Positions 29,383 to 39,392 of a stretch of 64,000 nucleotides of DNA are shown here, piece by piece. Made by a program: the position numbers and the translations under genes. Source of the stretch: Rikenellaceae bacterium (lineage in GTDB: Bacteria > Bacteroidota > Bacteroidia > Bacteroidales > Rikenellaceae); contig JAWXTM010000002.1 of assembly GCA_044433505.1 (NCBI GenBank), forward strand, positions 7,070 to 71,069, written 5' to 3'. Position 1 is the stretch's first letter, and the number at the start of each line of letters is the position of its first letter. A model generated the notes under the pieces. It made no database searches. It was given only the letters and a program-made list of their open reading frames with translations, and was not told the DNA's origin.

Positions 29383-29390
29383 TACTTTTG
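29383..29390 (+). promoter_or_regulatory. -7 box TACTTTTG (HsdR_N-like gene)
   Basis: 24 nt upstream of the ATG at 29414. Confidence 0.55.
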
Positions 29391-29397
29391 TAAAACG

Positions 29398-29405
29398 CAA
29401 AGATA
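29398..29405 (-). promoter_or_regulatory. -7 box TATCTTTG (GT2-ileS-dnaX operon)
   Basis: 25 nt upstream of the ATG at 29373. Face-to-face with the plus-strand box. Confidence 0.55.
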
Positions 29406-29413
29406 ATAAAAAT

Positions 29414-29776
29414 ATGGCAAAGAGTAAAATATCTAACACAGAACTTTTACCCGAGGAGGGTGTTAGGCAGTGGTTTTTGGGGCTTCTGAGGTCTCACGGG
29501 GTAGAGCCATATCGTATTGCTACGGAGTATGCGGTTGAGTTCGCAGGTCGTAGGCTTAGGGTTGATATAGCGGTTTTTGCTCTGGGCGGCACAGATATTA
29601 CTATGATAGTGGAGTGCAAGGCTCCCAGTGTTGCTATATCTCAGAAGACAGCCACTCAGGCATTTATATATAATTCTAAGGTAGGGGCACGTTATGTGGT
29701 GCTAACGAATGGGGCTGAGACGTATATTTATGATACCGTGTCGTGTGAGTTTTTGGGTAGCATTCCTTCAGTTTAG
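29414..29776 (+). CDS. stand-alone HsdR_N-like (PD-(D/E)xK) domain protein
   Basis: RVDIAVF ... IVECKAP matches the D...ExK nuclease-fold signature of the type I restriction enzyme R N-terminal domain family. 120 aa. Has its own TACTTTTG -7 box. Confidence 0.6.
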   Translation: MAKSKISNTELLPEEGVRQWFLGLLRSHGVEPYRIATEYAVEFAGRRLRVDIAVFALGGTDITMIVECKAPSVAISQKTATQAFIYNSKVGARYVVLTNGAETYIYDTVSCEFLGSIPSV

Positions 29777-29778
29777 GG

Positions 29779-29855
29779 GTTATAGCTTGTATTATAACAG
29801 ACTAAATAATACAAGCTATAACAAACTTTCATCACAAAAGAATCTATGCCCCCCC
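29779..29855. repeat. family-1 minimal hairpin plus flank with a C7 tract
   Basis: GTTATAGCTTGTATTAT...ATAATACAAGCTATAAC followed by AAACTTTCATCACAAAAGAATCTATG and C7 (29849-29855). Confidence 0.85.
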
Positions 29856-29971
29856 AATAGCAACACCACAAAATCCCCCCATTCTATTGACATAGGTACA
29901 GTTTTTGAAATAAATAACAAAAAAAAATAAAAATATTTGTGTTATTTTTTTAACAATAAAGAAATTTTGCA

Positions 29972-29979
29972 TACCTTTG
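29972..29979 (+). promoter_or_regulatory. -7 box TACCTTTG (pckA)
   Basis: 75 nt upstream of the ATG at 30054, followed by an A-rich leader. Confidence 0.55.
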
Positions 29980-30053
29980 TGGCAGTTTTGAACGTTATAG
30001 AATAGAAACAATAATAAAAAAACATATATTAACAAACAAAAACATCTAAAAAA

Positions 30054-31634
30054 ATGGCACTAAACTTAGAACAGTATGGCATCACCGGTGTTAAGGAGAT
30101 TGTCCACAACCCATCTTACCAAACTCTTTTCGAAGACGAAACTAACCCTGCACTAGAGGGTTACGAAAAAGGTACAGTTACCTCTACTGGCGCAGTATGC
30201 GTTAAGACTGGTATCTTTACTGGTCGCTCTCCTAAAGATAAATATACTGTACTTGACGATTCTACAAAAGATAACTTCTGGTTCGACGGTACTATCAACA
30301 AACCAATGACCCCTGAAGTCTTCGACGAACTCGAAAAACTTGCGGTTGCTCAACTTTGTAACAAAGAAAAACTTTACGTTGTTGACGTATTCTGCGGTAC
30401 TAACGCTGATACTCGTATGAAAGTTCGCTTCATTATGGAGGTTGCTTGGCAAGCTCACTTCGTGACTAATATGTTTATCCAACCTTCGCACTACGAACTA
30501 GCTAACTACGGTGAGCCTGATCTAGTGTCAATGAACGCAGCTAAGTGTGTTAACCCTAACTGGGAAGCTATGGGTCTTAACTCTGAGAACTTCGTTGCAT
30601 TCAACCTTACTAAAAAACTTCAAGTAATTGGTGGTACTTGGTACGGTGGCGAAATGAAGAAAGGTATCTTCGGTCTTATGAACTACTATATGCCACTTAA
30701 GGGTATCGCTTCTATGCACTGCTCGGCTAACGTAGGTGAAGAGGGTGACGTTGCTATCTTCTTTGGTCTTTCTGGTACTGGTAAAACTACCCTTTCGGCT
30801 GACCCTAAACGCTACCTAATCGGTGACGATGAGCACGGTTGGGACGCTCACGGTGTATTCAACTACGAAGGTGGTTGCTACGCTAAGACTATCGGTCTTT
30901 CTGAAGAAAACGAACCAGACATCTGGAGAGCTATCTCTCGTAACGCACTTCTTGAAAACGTTACTGTTCTTGAAGACGGTACTCCTGACTATGCTGACGG
31001 TTCGGTTACTGAAAACACTCGTGTTTCTTACCCAATCCGCCACATCAACAAGATCGTTATCCCTTCTAAGGCTGGTCACGCTAAGAAGATTATCTATCTT
31101 TCGGCTGACGCATTTGGTGTACTACCTCCAGTTTCTATCCTTGACAAGCAATCGGCTCAATATCACTTCCTTTGCGGTTATACTTCGAAACTTGCAGGTA
31201 CAGAGCGTGGTATCACTGAACCAACTCCATCATTCTCTCCAGCATTTGGTGAGGCATTCTTGACTGTTCACCCAACTATCTACGCTAAAGTATTGGCAGA
31301 GAAGATGGAAGAGCACGGTGCGCACGCTTACCTAGTTAACACTGGTTGGAATGGTACTGGCAAACGTATTTCATTGAAAGATACTCGTGCAATTATCGAC
31401 GCTATCCTTGATGGTTCTATCGACAATGCAGAGACTCTTAGCGTTCCAGTATTGAACCTAGTTGCTCCTAAGGCACTTCCAGGTGTTAGTGATATTCTTG
31501 ACCCACGTTCAACTTACTCTGATGTAGCTGAATGGGAGACTAAAGCGAAGTCACTTGCAGCTAAGTATATCAAGAACTTCGAGCAATATCTTCCAGAGGG
31601 TGAAGCTCTATTGGCATCGGGTCCACAACTATAG
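30054..31634 (+). CDS. pckA: phosphoenolpyruvate carboxykinase (ATP)
   Basis: [11 protein letters not shown] kinase-1a loop, IGDDEHGW, and a typical length of 526 aa. Confidence 0.95.
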   Translation: MALNLEQYGITGVKEIVHNPSYQTLFEDETNPALEGYEKGTVTSTGAVCVKTGIFTGRSPKDKYTVLDDSTKDNFWFDGTINKPMTPEVFDELEKLAVAQLCNKEKLYVVDVFCGTNADTRMKVRFIMEVAWQAHFVTNMFIQPSHYELANYGEPDLVSMNAAKCVNPNWEAMGLNSENFVAFNLTKKLQVIGGTWYGGEMKKGIFGLMNYYMPLKGIASMHCSANVGEEGDVAIFFGLSGTGKTTLSADPKRYLIGDDEHGWDAHGVFNYEGGCYAKTIGLSEENEPDIWRAISRNALLENVTVLEDGTPDYADGSVTENTRVSYPIRHINKIVIPSKAGHAKKIIYLSADAFGVLPPVSILDKQSAQYHFLCGYTSKLAGTERGITEPTPSFSPAFGEAFLTVHPTIYAKVLAEKMEEHGAHAYLVNTGWNGTGKRISLKDTRAIIDAILDGSIDNAETLSVPVLNLVAPKALPGVSDILDPRSTYSDVAEWETKAKSLAAKYIKNFEQYLPEGEALLASGPQL

Positions 31635-31661
31635 TATTTATAGTATATAATAAAAGAGGGG

Positions 31662-31692
31662 GAGGTTTGCAGTGATGCAGACCTCTCTTTTT
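31662..31692 (+). terminator. Rho-independent terminator of pckA
   Basis: GAGGTTTGCA-GTGA-TGCAGACCTC (one G-U pair) followed by TCTTTTT. Confidence 0.7.
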
Positions 31693-31717
31693 GTTTGTGG
31701 GTGGGGGATAATGCTTT

Positions 31718-31810
31718 TATAGCTTGTTGTATTACAAACTAAGTCAAAAAACTTTAATCATTTAGTCTGTAATAATACAAGCTCTAACAAACTAAAACAT
31801 CTGGTGTGCC
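31718..31810. repeat. family-1 palindromic element
   Basis: TATAGCTTGTTGTATTACAAACTAAG ... TTTAGTCTGTAATAATACAAGCTCTAAC plus AAACTAAAACATCTGGTGTGCC (the inverse of a segment in the 23.1-kb copy). Lies between the convergent pckA and murD genes. Confidence 0.85.
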
Positions 31811-31832
31811 TAAGAGACATACCCTCCAAAAC

Positions 31833-33170
31833 CTAAAGCCGCTTGCTCGCCTCTATTACCGCATCCTTAAATCGCCTGCCTCGCTGCTCATAATTCTCAA
31901 ACAAATCAAAACTAGCGCAAGCTGGCGACAACAACACCGCATCACCACTCTGCGACGCCTCACGGGCTGCCCTCAACGCCTCCGCCAACGAATGAGTATC
32001 ATAAATAACAGGAACTACCCCCTCAAAAGCAGCCTTAAGCTTCTCATTATCAAGCCCCATACAAATAAGTGCCTTCACCTTGCTACGTGCCAACTCCTTT
32101 AAACACTCATAATCATTACCCTTATCCTTACCCCCTGCTATCCACACCGTCGGGCGAGTCATACTATCAAGGGCATACCACACAGAATCAGTATTGGTAG
32201 CCTTCGAATCATTGATATACTCCACACCATCAACCTCCACAACTCTTTCAAGCCTATGTTCTACACCAGCAAAATCTCGCAGGGTCTCTCTAATACTCTG
32301 AAAATCCACACCTGCCTTCGAACACGCCATTATTGCCGAAAGCGCATTTGCAACATTGTGACGTCCTCGCAGTGCCATCTCGCTTAGTGGCATTACATTA
32401 TCCTCGAAGTAGAGCGACTCTCCATCCGACCACGCCCCCCCAACTGCTCCACGCAACGAAAATGGCAGTGGTGTAGCGGCAAATGGTGTCGCAGGCAATA
32501 TCTTTAATAGTTCAGCATCATCGGCATTATATATAAAGTAGTCCTCTGGGGTTTGGTTCTGAAGTATTCGAAGCTTTGAGGCTACGTATTTGCTCATCTG
32601 ATAGTCATAGCGATCGAGGTGATCAGGGGTGATATTCAGTAGCATCGAGATGTCTGCCTTAAACTCATAAAGCCCATCCAACTGGAAGCTACTAAGTTCA
32701 ATAACATACCAATCATACGCCTGAGTGGCACGAGCAATAGAGAGCGCAAAGCTCTGACCAATATTGCCAGCAACCGCCACATTCATTCCTGCACGGCGCA
32801 TAATCTCGTAGACCAACGTTGTGGTAGTAGTCTTGCCATTTGAGCCTGTGATGCATATTTTGCGAGCCGAGGTATAGCGTGCAGCAAACTCTATTTCGGA
32901 GATTACACGTATGCCACGAGAGAGCGCAGCACGCACGATATTCGCACTATCAGGCACACCTGGGCTTTTAATAATAAGCGAGGCTTCGAGCACCTTGTCT
33001 AGGGTATGTCCGCCCTCTTCGTAGGGGATATTATTAGCCTCGATTTTTTCTTTATACTCATTCTTAAGCATTCCGCCCTCCGATAGGAAAACTTCAAAAC
33101 CCTTTGCCTGAGCCAATACAGCAGAGCCATAGCCGCTCTCGCCACCACCTAGTATTACAATCTTTTTCAT
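31833..33170 (-). CDS. murD: UDP-N-acetylmuramoylalanine--D-glutamate ligase
   Basis: MKKIVILGGGESG, GSNGKTTT, Mur ligase C-terminal domain. Its ATG directly follows the waaA stop. Confidence 0.9.
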   Translation of the reverse strand: MKKIVILGGGESGYGSAVLAQAKGFEVFLSEGGMLKNEYKEKIEANNIPYEEGGHTLDKVLEASLIIKSPGVPDSANIVRAALSRGIRVISEIEFAARYTSARKICITGSNGKTTTTTLVYEIMRRAGMNVAVAGNIGQSFALSIARATQAYDWYVIELSSFQLDGLYEFKADISMLLNITPDHLDRYDYQMSKYVASKLRILQNQTPEDYFIYNADDAELLKILPATPFAATPLPFSLRGAVGGAWSDGESLYFEDNVMPLSEMALRGRHNVANALSAIMACSKAGVDFQSIRETLRDFAGVEHRLERVVEVDGVEYINDSKATNTDSVWYALDSMTRPTVWIAGGKDKGNDYECLKELARSKVKALICMGLDNEKLKAAFEGVVPVIYDTHSLAEALRAAREASQSGDAVLLSPACASFDLFENYEQRGRRFKDAVIEASKRL

Positions 33171-34382
33171 TTAATATATACTCATTATTATTTTTGATGT
33201 TGCGCCAGCCTCACGCTTAACGTAACTGCCAGCTATTGCGCCAATATGCTGAGGATTCTCTACCGCATAGTCAAGTCTTTGCAGTAGCTCCTCTAGCGTG
33301 GATACCGAAAAACCTGCACCCAGCTCAATCAGCTTAGCCGCTTCTCGGAATTTTTTATAGTTAGTGCCAAAAATCACGCCCTTGCTCCACGCAGCCGCCT
33401 CTAGCGTATTGTGGATTCCTGCACCAAAACCGCCACCGATATAGGCTACATCGCCATACTGATAAAGTCCGCTAAGGAGTCCTATTCTATCTATAATCAA
33501 TAGCGAACAATTCTGTGCAAGTACCCCCGAGGTATGACGTGAGCTGACTCTACCACAATTCTGTTCTAGGTGTTGGATATGCGCCTGATTAATCTCGTGA
33601 GGGGCAATAACAAACCGCCACTGGGGGCGACTCTTCATAACCTCACACAACAATGCCTCGTCAGCTGCCCACGTACTACCGCATACCACCACTGGAGATT
33701 CCCCCCTGGTAAAACTCTCTACAAGGGAATCAGCCTTTGCGGTATGGCTAATTTCGGCAACCCTATCAAAGCGAGTATCACCCACCACTTCGCTGCTGTA
33801 ACCAATCTCACTGAGCAGTTCCTTCGAAGCGGCATCTTGCACAAATATCTTAGTAAAAAAGCCCAACATCGAGCGATAAAAGCCCCCAAAACCTAAGCAA
33901 CGTTTAAAGAAGATTGAGTCACGACGGAAGATTGCCGATACTATATAGACCTCAGCCCCACGCCCCCTTAGCTCTCTAAGGAAGTTGTACCAATACTCAT
34001 ACTTTATGATAAAAACCTTGATAGGACAGAGTGTATCAAGGAATTTGCGCACGGCTCTCTTTCTGTCTAGTGGCAGGTAGTAGACCTCGTCCACGCCAGC
34101 GTAATTTTTGCGCATTTCATAGCCAGAGGATGAAAAAAAAGTGAGGATAAGCCTAGCTTCGGGACACTTAGCCCTAAGGGTTTCGATAAGGACTCTACCC
34201 TGTTCAAACTCACCGAGCGAGGAGCAATGCACAAGTATCACCTCACGAGCATCTCGTGGAGCTAACTTTTGCGCCCTACGCCCCTGCCACATCTTCGCTA
34301 GCTTGGCATTAAAGAATCGCCCAAGGAATATAGTAAAGGTGAGTAGTAGTACAAAAAAATTATATAAAGCTCTATAAATCAT
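33171..34382 (-). CDS. waaA: 3-deoxy-D-manno-octulosonic acid (Kdo) transferase
   Basis: N-terminal membrane anchor, HCSSLGEFEQ, GGSF/GGHN-like region (IGGGFGAGIHNTLEAA). I prefer the ATG at 34382 because the GTG at 34418 lies inside the TATATTTG -7 box. Confidence 0.82.
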   Translation of the reverse strand: MIYRALYNFFVLLLTFTIFLGRFFNAKLAKMWQGRRAQKLAPRDAREVILVHCSSLGEFEQGRVLIETLRAKCPEARLILTFFSSSGYEMRKNYAGVDEVYYLPLDRKRAVRKFLDTLCPIKVFIIKYEYWYNFLRELRGRGAEVYIVSAIFRRDSIFFKRCLGFGGFYRSMLGFFTKIFVQDAASKELLSEIGYSSEVVGDTRFDRVAEISHTAKADSLVESFTRGESPVVVCGSTWAADEALLCEVMKSRPQWRFVIAPHEINQAHIQHLEQNCGRVSSRHTSGVLAQNCSLLIIDRIGLLSGLYQYGDVAYIGGGFGAGIHNTLEAAAWSKGVIFGTNYKKFREAAKLIELGAGFSVSTLEELLQRLDYAVENPQHIGAIAGSYVKREAGATSKIIMSIY

Positions 34383-34417
34383 AGATTTGCGGAAAAATTC
34401 AAAAAAAGTATAAACCA

Positions 34418-34425
34418 CAAATATA
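34418..34425 (-). promoter_or_regulatory. -7 box TATATTTG (waaA-murD)
   Basis: 36 nt upstream of the ATG at 34382. Confidence 0.5.
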
Positions 34426-34440
34426 CTATAATTTTCTTAA

Positions 34441-34523
34441 GGGAACTTCTAAAAACTAATTTATATGAATTTGGTATGAAATTTTTTGTTATTTTTTGGT
34501 GAAATCAGTTTTTAGAAATCCCC
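34441..34523. repeat. family-2 element, short derivative
   Basis: GGGAACTTCTAAAAACTAATTT ... CAGTTTTTAGAAATCCCC, between the divergent waaA and uppS promoters. Confidence 0.75.
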
Positions 34524-34616
34524 TATAACGAATGTACATATCCTAAATAAATATGTAGTTATAGCGTAAAATGGTGGCTTGACACATTTTTTCTTGTAGG
34601 TCAACAATATTTTACA

Positions 34617-34624
34617 TATCTTTG
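34617..34624 (+). promoter_or_regulatory. -7 box TATCTTTG (uppS-bamA)
   Basis: 41 nt upstream of the ATG at 34665. Confidence 0.55.
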
Positions 34625-34664
34625 TGCGTTAGATAGAAAGTGAACTTGAATAGTTGAATAGTAA

Positions 34665-35354
34665 ATGAAGAGTAGCTTAATACCACACCACGTTGCCATA
34701 ATAATGGATGGTAACGGAAGATGGGCAGCCAAAGAGGGTAAAGAACGTGTAGAAGGACATACAAAGGGGGTAGAGGCTCTTCGCCGTGCTGTGCAAGTGG
34801 CAAGAAAACAGGGGGTAAGGTACTTGACAGTCTATGCCTTTTCGACCGAGAACTGGGGTAGACCCCAACAGGAGGTTGATGCAATTATGGAACTCTTCTC
34901 TCGTGTGGTGATAAAGGAAGCAAAGGAACTTGCCCAAAATAATATTGCTCTACGTTTTATTGGTGATACTAAGGCTCTGAGCACTGCTCTACAGGAGCAA
35001 ATCGTTGAGGTTGAGAGTATGGGTATTATAGCGGAGATGACCTTGGTGGTTGCAATAAACTATTCGGCACGTTGGGATATTATGCAGGCAACGCAGAGGC
35101 TTGTGAATAGTACTGTGCAAGATATTAAGGAAGAGGATTTTAAGGCGCACTTATCGACTGCTAAGTTCCCTGACGTTGACCTTGTGATACGCACAAGTGG
35201 GGAGCAGAGATTGAGTAATTTTTTGCTGTGGGAAAGCTCCTACGCAGAACTATACTTTACCGAGCGGTTGTGGCCAGAGTTTGATAAAAATGATTTCAAT
35301 GCAGCACTGGAGTGGTATGTAGACCGTGATAGACGCTTTGGAGTTAGAAAATAA
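34665..35354 (+). CDS. uppS: undecaprenyl diphosphate synthase
   Basis: HVAIIMDGNGRWA, RTSGEQRLSNFLLWE. Confidence 0.95.
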   Translation: MKSSLIPHHVAIIMDGNGRWAAKEGKERVEGHTKGVEALRRAVQVARKQGVRYLTVYAFSTENWGRPQQEVDAIMELFSRVVIKEAKELAQNNIALRFIGDTKALSTALQEQIVEVESMGIIAEMTLVVAINYSARWDIMQATQRLVNSTVQDIKEEDFKAHLSTAKFPDVDLVIRTSGEQRLSNFLLWESSYAELYFTERLWPEFDKNDFNAALEWYVDRDRRFGVRK

Positions 35355-35371
35355 TAATATAGAAGGGATTA

Positions 35372-37903
35372 ATGAGTAAAATTAAGGCATTATTTTTAAT
35401 ACTATCGGCCGTGTTGCTACTTTGTAGTACGGAGCGTTCAGTAGCGCAGCAAATTGATAGTACAACAGTTGTGGAGGGGTGGTTGGACTACGATCAAGCT
35501 CCAAGGATGTACGTTATCGCTAGCCTGAATGCTAAGGGTATTACATCGGGCAGTTCGGGGAATTTGTTTATTAATACTACGGGATTGGTGGTTGGTGACT
35601 CTATTGAGCTTCCAGGTGATAGACTCTCGTCTGCTGCACGCCGCTTGATGGATCAACGCCACTTTAAAAATGTCGATGCTCTGACTGCTTTTCGTGGTGA
35701 TAGCGTCGATATTACCTTTGTTTTCGATGAGAGGTTAAGGGTACGCAACTGGACTTTCGAGGGGACTAAGGGTAGCGAGGCTAAGGATATGCAAAGCATC
35801 CTGAAACTTAGGCGTAGTGGTGAACTCTCGGATTTTGCTATTATGAGTGCGCTGCAAGGTATCAAGAATTTTTATGATGGTAAGGGTTTCAGAAGTGCTG
35901 AAGTTGATGTGAGAATTGAGGCTGACTCGGTGCTTCGCAACTATGTCAATGTGATATTTGAGGTGGATCGTAAAAAGAAAGTCCGTGTCAAAGAGATTCA
36001 AATCGAAGGAAATACTAAGCTCGAAGATAAGGCTGTTGTTAGGTCAATGAAGGAGACTAAGAAGCTAGGTATCAACTTCTTTGCCGACACGAAGTATGAC
36101 CCAGCAAAGGTTGAAAGTGATAAGGAAGCTATTGCGGCATACTACCGTTCGAAGGGTTATAGAGATGCACGTGTTGTTGCCGATTCGACCTATATGCTCG
36201 AAGATAATCGTATAGGGCTGTGGCTGAAGGTAGATGAGGGTAAGAGGTATAACTATGGTGATATAACTTGGATAGGTAACTCGAAAATCCCGACCGCCTT
36301 CCTCAATCAAATACTAGGACTTAAGAGTGGTGATGTCTATGATAGCGAAACAATGGGCAATCGAATCGGTACAATCGTCGAGAGTATGGGGCAACAATCC
36401 ATTGCGAGCCTCTATCGTGATGACGGCTATCTAGCTTATGTAATCGAGCCAAAGGAAATTGTGAGGGGTGATACTGTGGATGTTGAAATTGTAATGATTG
36501 AGGGTAAACAGTTTACTATCAATGAGGTAACCTTCGAGGGTAATACTCGCACTAATGACCTTGTGGTGCGTCGTGAGCTGAATACTCGCCCAGGTGAACT
36601 CTATTCACAGTCGCTGCTTATGCGCTCTTATCAGCGTCTAGCAACAATGGGGCAATTCGATCCTGAGAGCTTCTCTACGCCTAATATTAACCCTAACTTC
36701 CAAAACGAAACAGTCGATATTGGCTACTCGCTTGCCGAAATTAGTAAAGACCAATTCGAGCTTTCTGGTGGATGGGGTAGTGGTATGTTTATCGCCTCTG
36801 TTGGGGTGAGCTTTGCCAATGTTTCGATTAAGAATTTCTTTAAAAAAGGAGCGTGGAAACCATATCCAGCAGGTGATAATCAAACACTCTCATTGAGCTT
36901 TCAGTCTAACGGTACGTATTATACAGCAGGTTCTATTAGCTTTACCGAACCGTGGCTGGGTGGATATAAGGCGACTTCGCTGAGCGTGAGTGCCTACCTT
37001 TCTCGCCAAACGGATGCCTACTATTACTATATGACTCCAACTGGTTCGTTCCAGACTGTGGGTGTTTCGGTCGGTTTGGGTAAGCGTATTGAGTGGCCTG
37101 ACCCTTACTTCCAAGTCTCGGCAGGGGTTAGTTATCAGACCTATTTGCTAGATAACTGGTCGTCGTTCTTGGTAACTGATGGCGACTGTAATCTCTTTAC
37201 TATAAACCTTGCATTTGGACGTAATTCGATTGATGACCCAACGGGTTATCCTACTCGTGGTAGCGAATTTATGTTGAATCTAGGGATTACTCCACCGTGG
37301 TCATTGTTCGATGGTAAGGACTACTCGGACACCTCGATGAGCGACGAAGATCGCTACCAATGGGTAGAGTACTATAAGGTCAATTTCCTTGGACGCTGGT
37401 TCCAACCACTCACACCAGACAATAAGCTAGTGCTTATGGCTCGTGCGCAGTTCGGTTACCTTGGGGCGTACAATAAGGACAAGCCATCTCCATTCGAGGG
37501 TTTCCAAGTTGGGGGTGATGGTCTAACGACTTACAGTATCTATGGTGTTGAGACTATTGGTCTTCGTGGTTATGAGAATGAGGCACTTACGCCACTTTCG
37601 GACTATGGGGTTTATGCCTCGGTGTATAGCAAATTTACTGCCGAACTTCGTTATCCTGTTATTCGTTCGGGTGGCACAATGGTTTATGGCTTGGTCTTTG
37701 CAGAGGCAGGTAATGCATTCACAAGCAATGAACAGTTCAAACCATTTAGCTTGAAACGCTCGGCAGGTGTTGGTCTAAGGGTTTATCTTCCAATCTTGGG
37801 TATGCTAGGTATTGACTGGGGATATGGTTTCGACCCAGTGTCTACCGACCTTACTAGCCCAAGTGGATCGCAGTTCCACTTTACTATGGGTATGACAATG
37901 TAA
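35372..37903 (+). CDS. bamA: outer membrane protein assembly factor BamA
   Basis: Signal peptide, repeated POTRA-like units, an Omp85 barrel, and the conserved uppS-bamA-skp context. Confidence 0.9.
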   Translation: MSKIKALFLILSAVLLLCSTERSVAQQIDSTTVVEGWLDYDQAPRMYVIASLNAKGITSGSSGNLFINTTGLVVGDSIELPGDRLSSAARRLMDQRHFKNVDALTAFRGDSVDITFVFDERLRVRNWTFEGTKGSEAKDMQSILKLRRSGELSDFAIMSALQGIKNFYDGKGFRSAEVDVRIEADSVLRNYVNVIFEVDRKKKVRVKEIQIEGNTKLEDKAVVRSMKETKKLGINFFADTKYDPAKVESDKEAIAAYYRSKGYRDARVVADSTYMLEDNRIGLWLKVDEGKRYNYGDITWIGNSKIPTAFLNQILGLKSGDVYDSETMGNRIGTIVESMGQQSIASLYRDDGYLAYVIEPKEIVRGDTVDVEIVMIEGKQFTINEVTFEGNTRTNDLVVRRELNTRPGELYSQSLLMRSYQRLATMGQFDPESFSTPNINPNFQNETVDIGYSLAEISKDQFELSGGWGSGMFIASVGVSFANVSIKNFFKKGAWKPYPAGDNQTLSLSFQSNGTYYTAGSISFTEPWLGGYKATSLSVSAYLSRQTDAYYYYMTPTGSFQTVGVSVGLGKRIEWPDPYFQVSAGVSYQTYLLDNWSSFLVTDGDCNLFTINLAFGRNSIDDPTGYPTRGSEFMLNLGITPPWSLFDGKDYSDTSMSDEDRYQWVEYYKVNFLGRWFQPLTPDNKLVLMARAQFGYLGAYNKDKPSPFEGFQVGGDGLTTYSIYGVETIGLRGYENEALTPLSDYGVYASVYSKFTAELRYPVIRSGGTMVYGLVFAEAGNAFTSNEQFKPFSLKRSAGVGLRVYLPILGMLGIDWGYGFDPVSTDLTSPSGSQFHFTMGMTM

Positions 37904-37945
37904 TAAAATTTAGTAGATTTAATTGCGTTCTTAAAGAAAAATTAG

Positions 37946-37953
37946 TATCTTTG
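37946..37953 (+). promoter_or_regulatory. -7 box TATCTTTG (skp)
   Basis: 49 nt upstream of the ATG at 38002. Confidence 0.5.
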
Positions 37954-38001
37954 GGCGTTGGATTGAAATAAATTAAACAAAAGAATAAAAAATAAAAGAC
38001 A

Positions 38002-38544
38002 ATGAAAAAAGTAAAATTTTTAATCGTGGTTGCGCTAATGGTAGCCTCTACTTCTGTTATGGCACAACAAAAAATTGGCATTATATCTTCACAAGAGCTG
38101 CTAATGAGTATGCCTGAGATTACCTCTATTAACACTGAGCTTCAGGGTATTTCTGCTAACTTGATGGCTGATATGGAGGCTATGCAAAAGGAATATAACC
38201 AAAAATTGCAAGAGTACGAAAAAAATGTAAGCACTTACTCTCAAATTATGCGTGAACAAAAGGAAAAAGATCTGCAAACTCTTTACGTTCGTATCCAAGA
38301 TTACCAAAGTGTTGCGCAACAAGAGATGAGCGAACAACAAACAATCTTGATGCGCCCAGTGCAAGAACGCCTTATGAACGCTATCAATAAAGTATCGGCT
38401 GACAATAGCTTCGCAATCGTTCTTGACAAAACTGGTGCAGTGTATGTTTCGGAAACTCTAACCCAAGACATTACTCCGCTTGTTATGACAGAACTTGGTA
38501 TCGAAAAACTACTTACTGCGGCTGATCTTCAACAGATGCAATAG
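38002..38544 (+). CDS. skp: periplasmic chaperone Skp/OmpH
   Basis: Signal peptide, a coiled-coil Q/E/K-rich 180-aa protein, located downstream of bamA. Confidence 0.85.
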   Translation: MKKVKFLIVVALMVASTSVMAQQKIGIISSQELLMSMPEITSINTELQGISANLMADMEAMQKEYNQKLQEYEKNVSTYSQIMREQKEKDLQTLYVRIQDYQSVAQQEMSEQQTILMRPVQERLMNAINKVSADNSFAIVLDKTGAVYVSETLTQDITPLVMTELGIEKLLTAADLQQMQ

Positions 38545-38579
38545 GCTCAGTAATTTTTTGTAAACATATATAGCGGAGG

Positions 38580-39392
38580 GTGAAGCCTTTATCGCCTATG
38601 CATACTAGAGCAGAAAACGATAATATAGAGGGCACTATTGCGGTAATTGATTCAGGAGTTGGGGGGTTATCGGTACTAAGGGAACTTAGACCGATGCTTC
38701 CCCTTAATTCTATTTTATACTATGCCGATAGTGCTTCGTGTCCCTACGGTGGGCGCACTATGCAAGAGATAGTGGAGCTTACCCAAGGGGTAGTGTGCTT
38801 TGTTGTGGAGCGTGGGGCGAAGGTGGTAGTGGTGGCGTGTAATACTATGACTGCTGCGGCTATCGGTGTGATGCGCACACGGTGGCAGGGCGTGGACTTT
38901 GTGGGGATGGAACCTGCCATTAAGCCTGCTGCACAGGTGACTAAAAGCGGGGTAGTGGGGGTTTTGGCGACTACTGCTACGCTCAGTGGAGGGCTATATA
39001 ATAGCACTAAGATTAAGTATGCTAGCGAAATTGAGGTGGTAGAGGTTGCAGGGGTTGGCTTGGTTGAGTTTGTGGAGCAGGGTCAGCAAGATAGCCCTGA
39101 GTGTGAGGTGCTTTTGGAGGGATATATTGACGAGATGTTGACACAGGGGTGTGATACAGTGGTGTTGGGGTGTACGCATTACCCATTTTTGGAGGGGGCA
39201 ATACGCCGCATACTCCTTAGAAAGGGGCAAGAGATGGCTATTGTAAATCCTGCACCAGCAGTAGCTCATCAAGCTCTCAGGGTTATAGAACAGAGGGGGC
39301 TTGTGGAGCGTGATATGGCAAAGCAGGGAGCTGTTCACTACTTTAGTAGTGGTGGGGATTTTATTAATATAATTAGTAATGGCGGGAAGTAA
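38580..39392 (+). CDS. murI: glutamate racemase
   Basis: IAVIDSGVGGLSV, VVACNT, LGCTHYP. The start is a GTG at 38580 or the ATG at 38598. Confidence 0.9.
   Translation: MKPLSPMHTRAENDNIEGTIAVIDSGVGGLSVLRELRPMLPLNSILYYADSASCPYGGRTMQEIVELTQGVVCFVVERGAKVVVVACNTMTAAAIGVMRTRWQGVDFVGMEPAIKPAAQVTKSGVVGVLATTATLSGGLYNSTKIKYASEIEVVEVAGVGLVEFVEQGQQDSPECEVLLEGYIDEMLTQGCDTVVLGCTHYPFLEGAIRRILLRKGQEMAIVNPAPAVAHQALRVIEQRGLVERDMAKQGAVHYFSSGGDFINIISNGGK

Noticed and set aside
29844-30035. A 63-aa minus-strand ORF in the pckA upstream region.
   Set aside because: It has a low-complexity Phe/Leu-rich translation of A/T-rich leader DNA and overlaps the pckA promoter.
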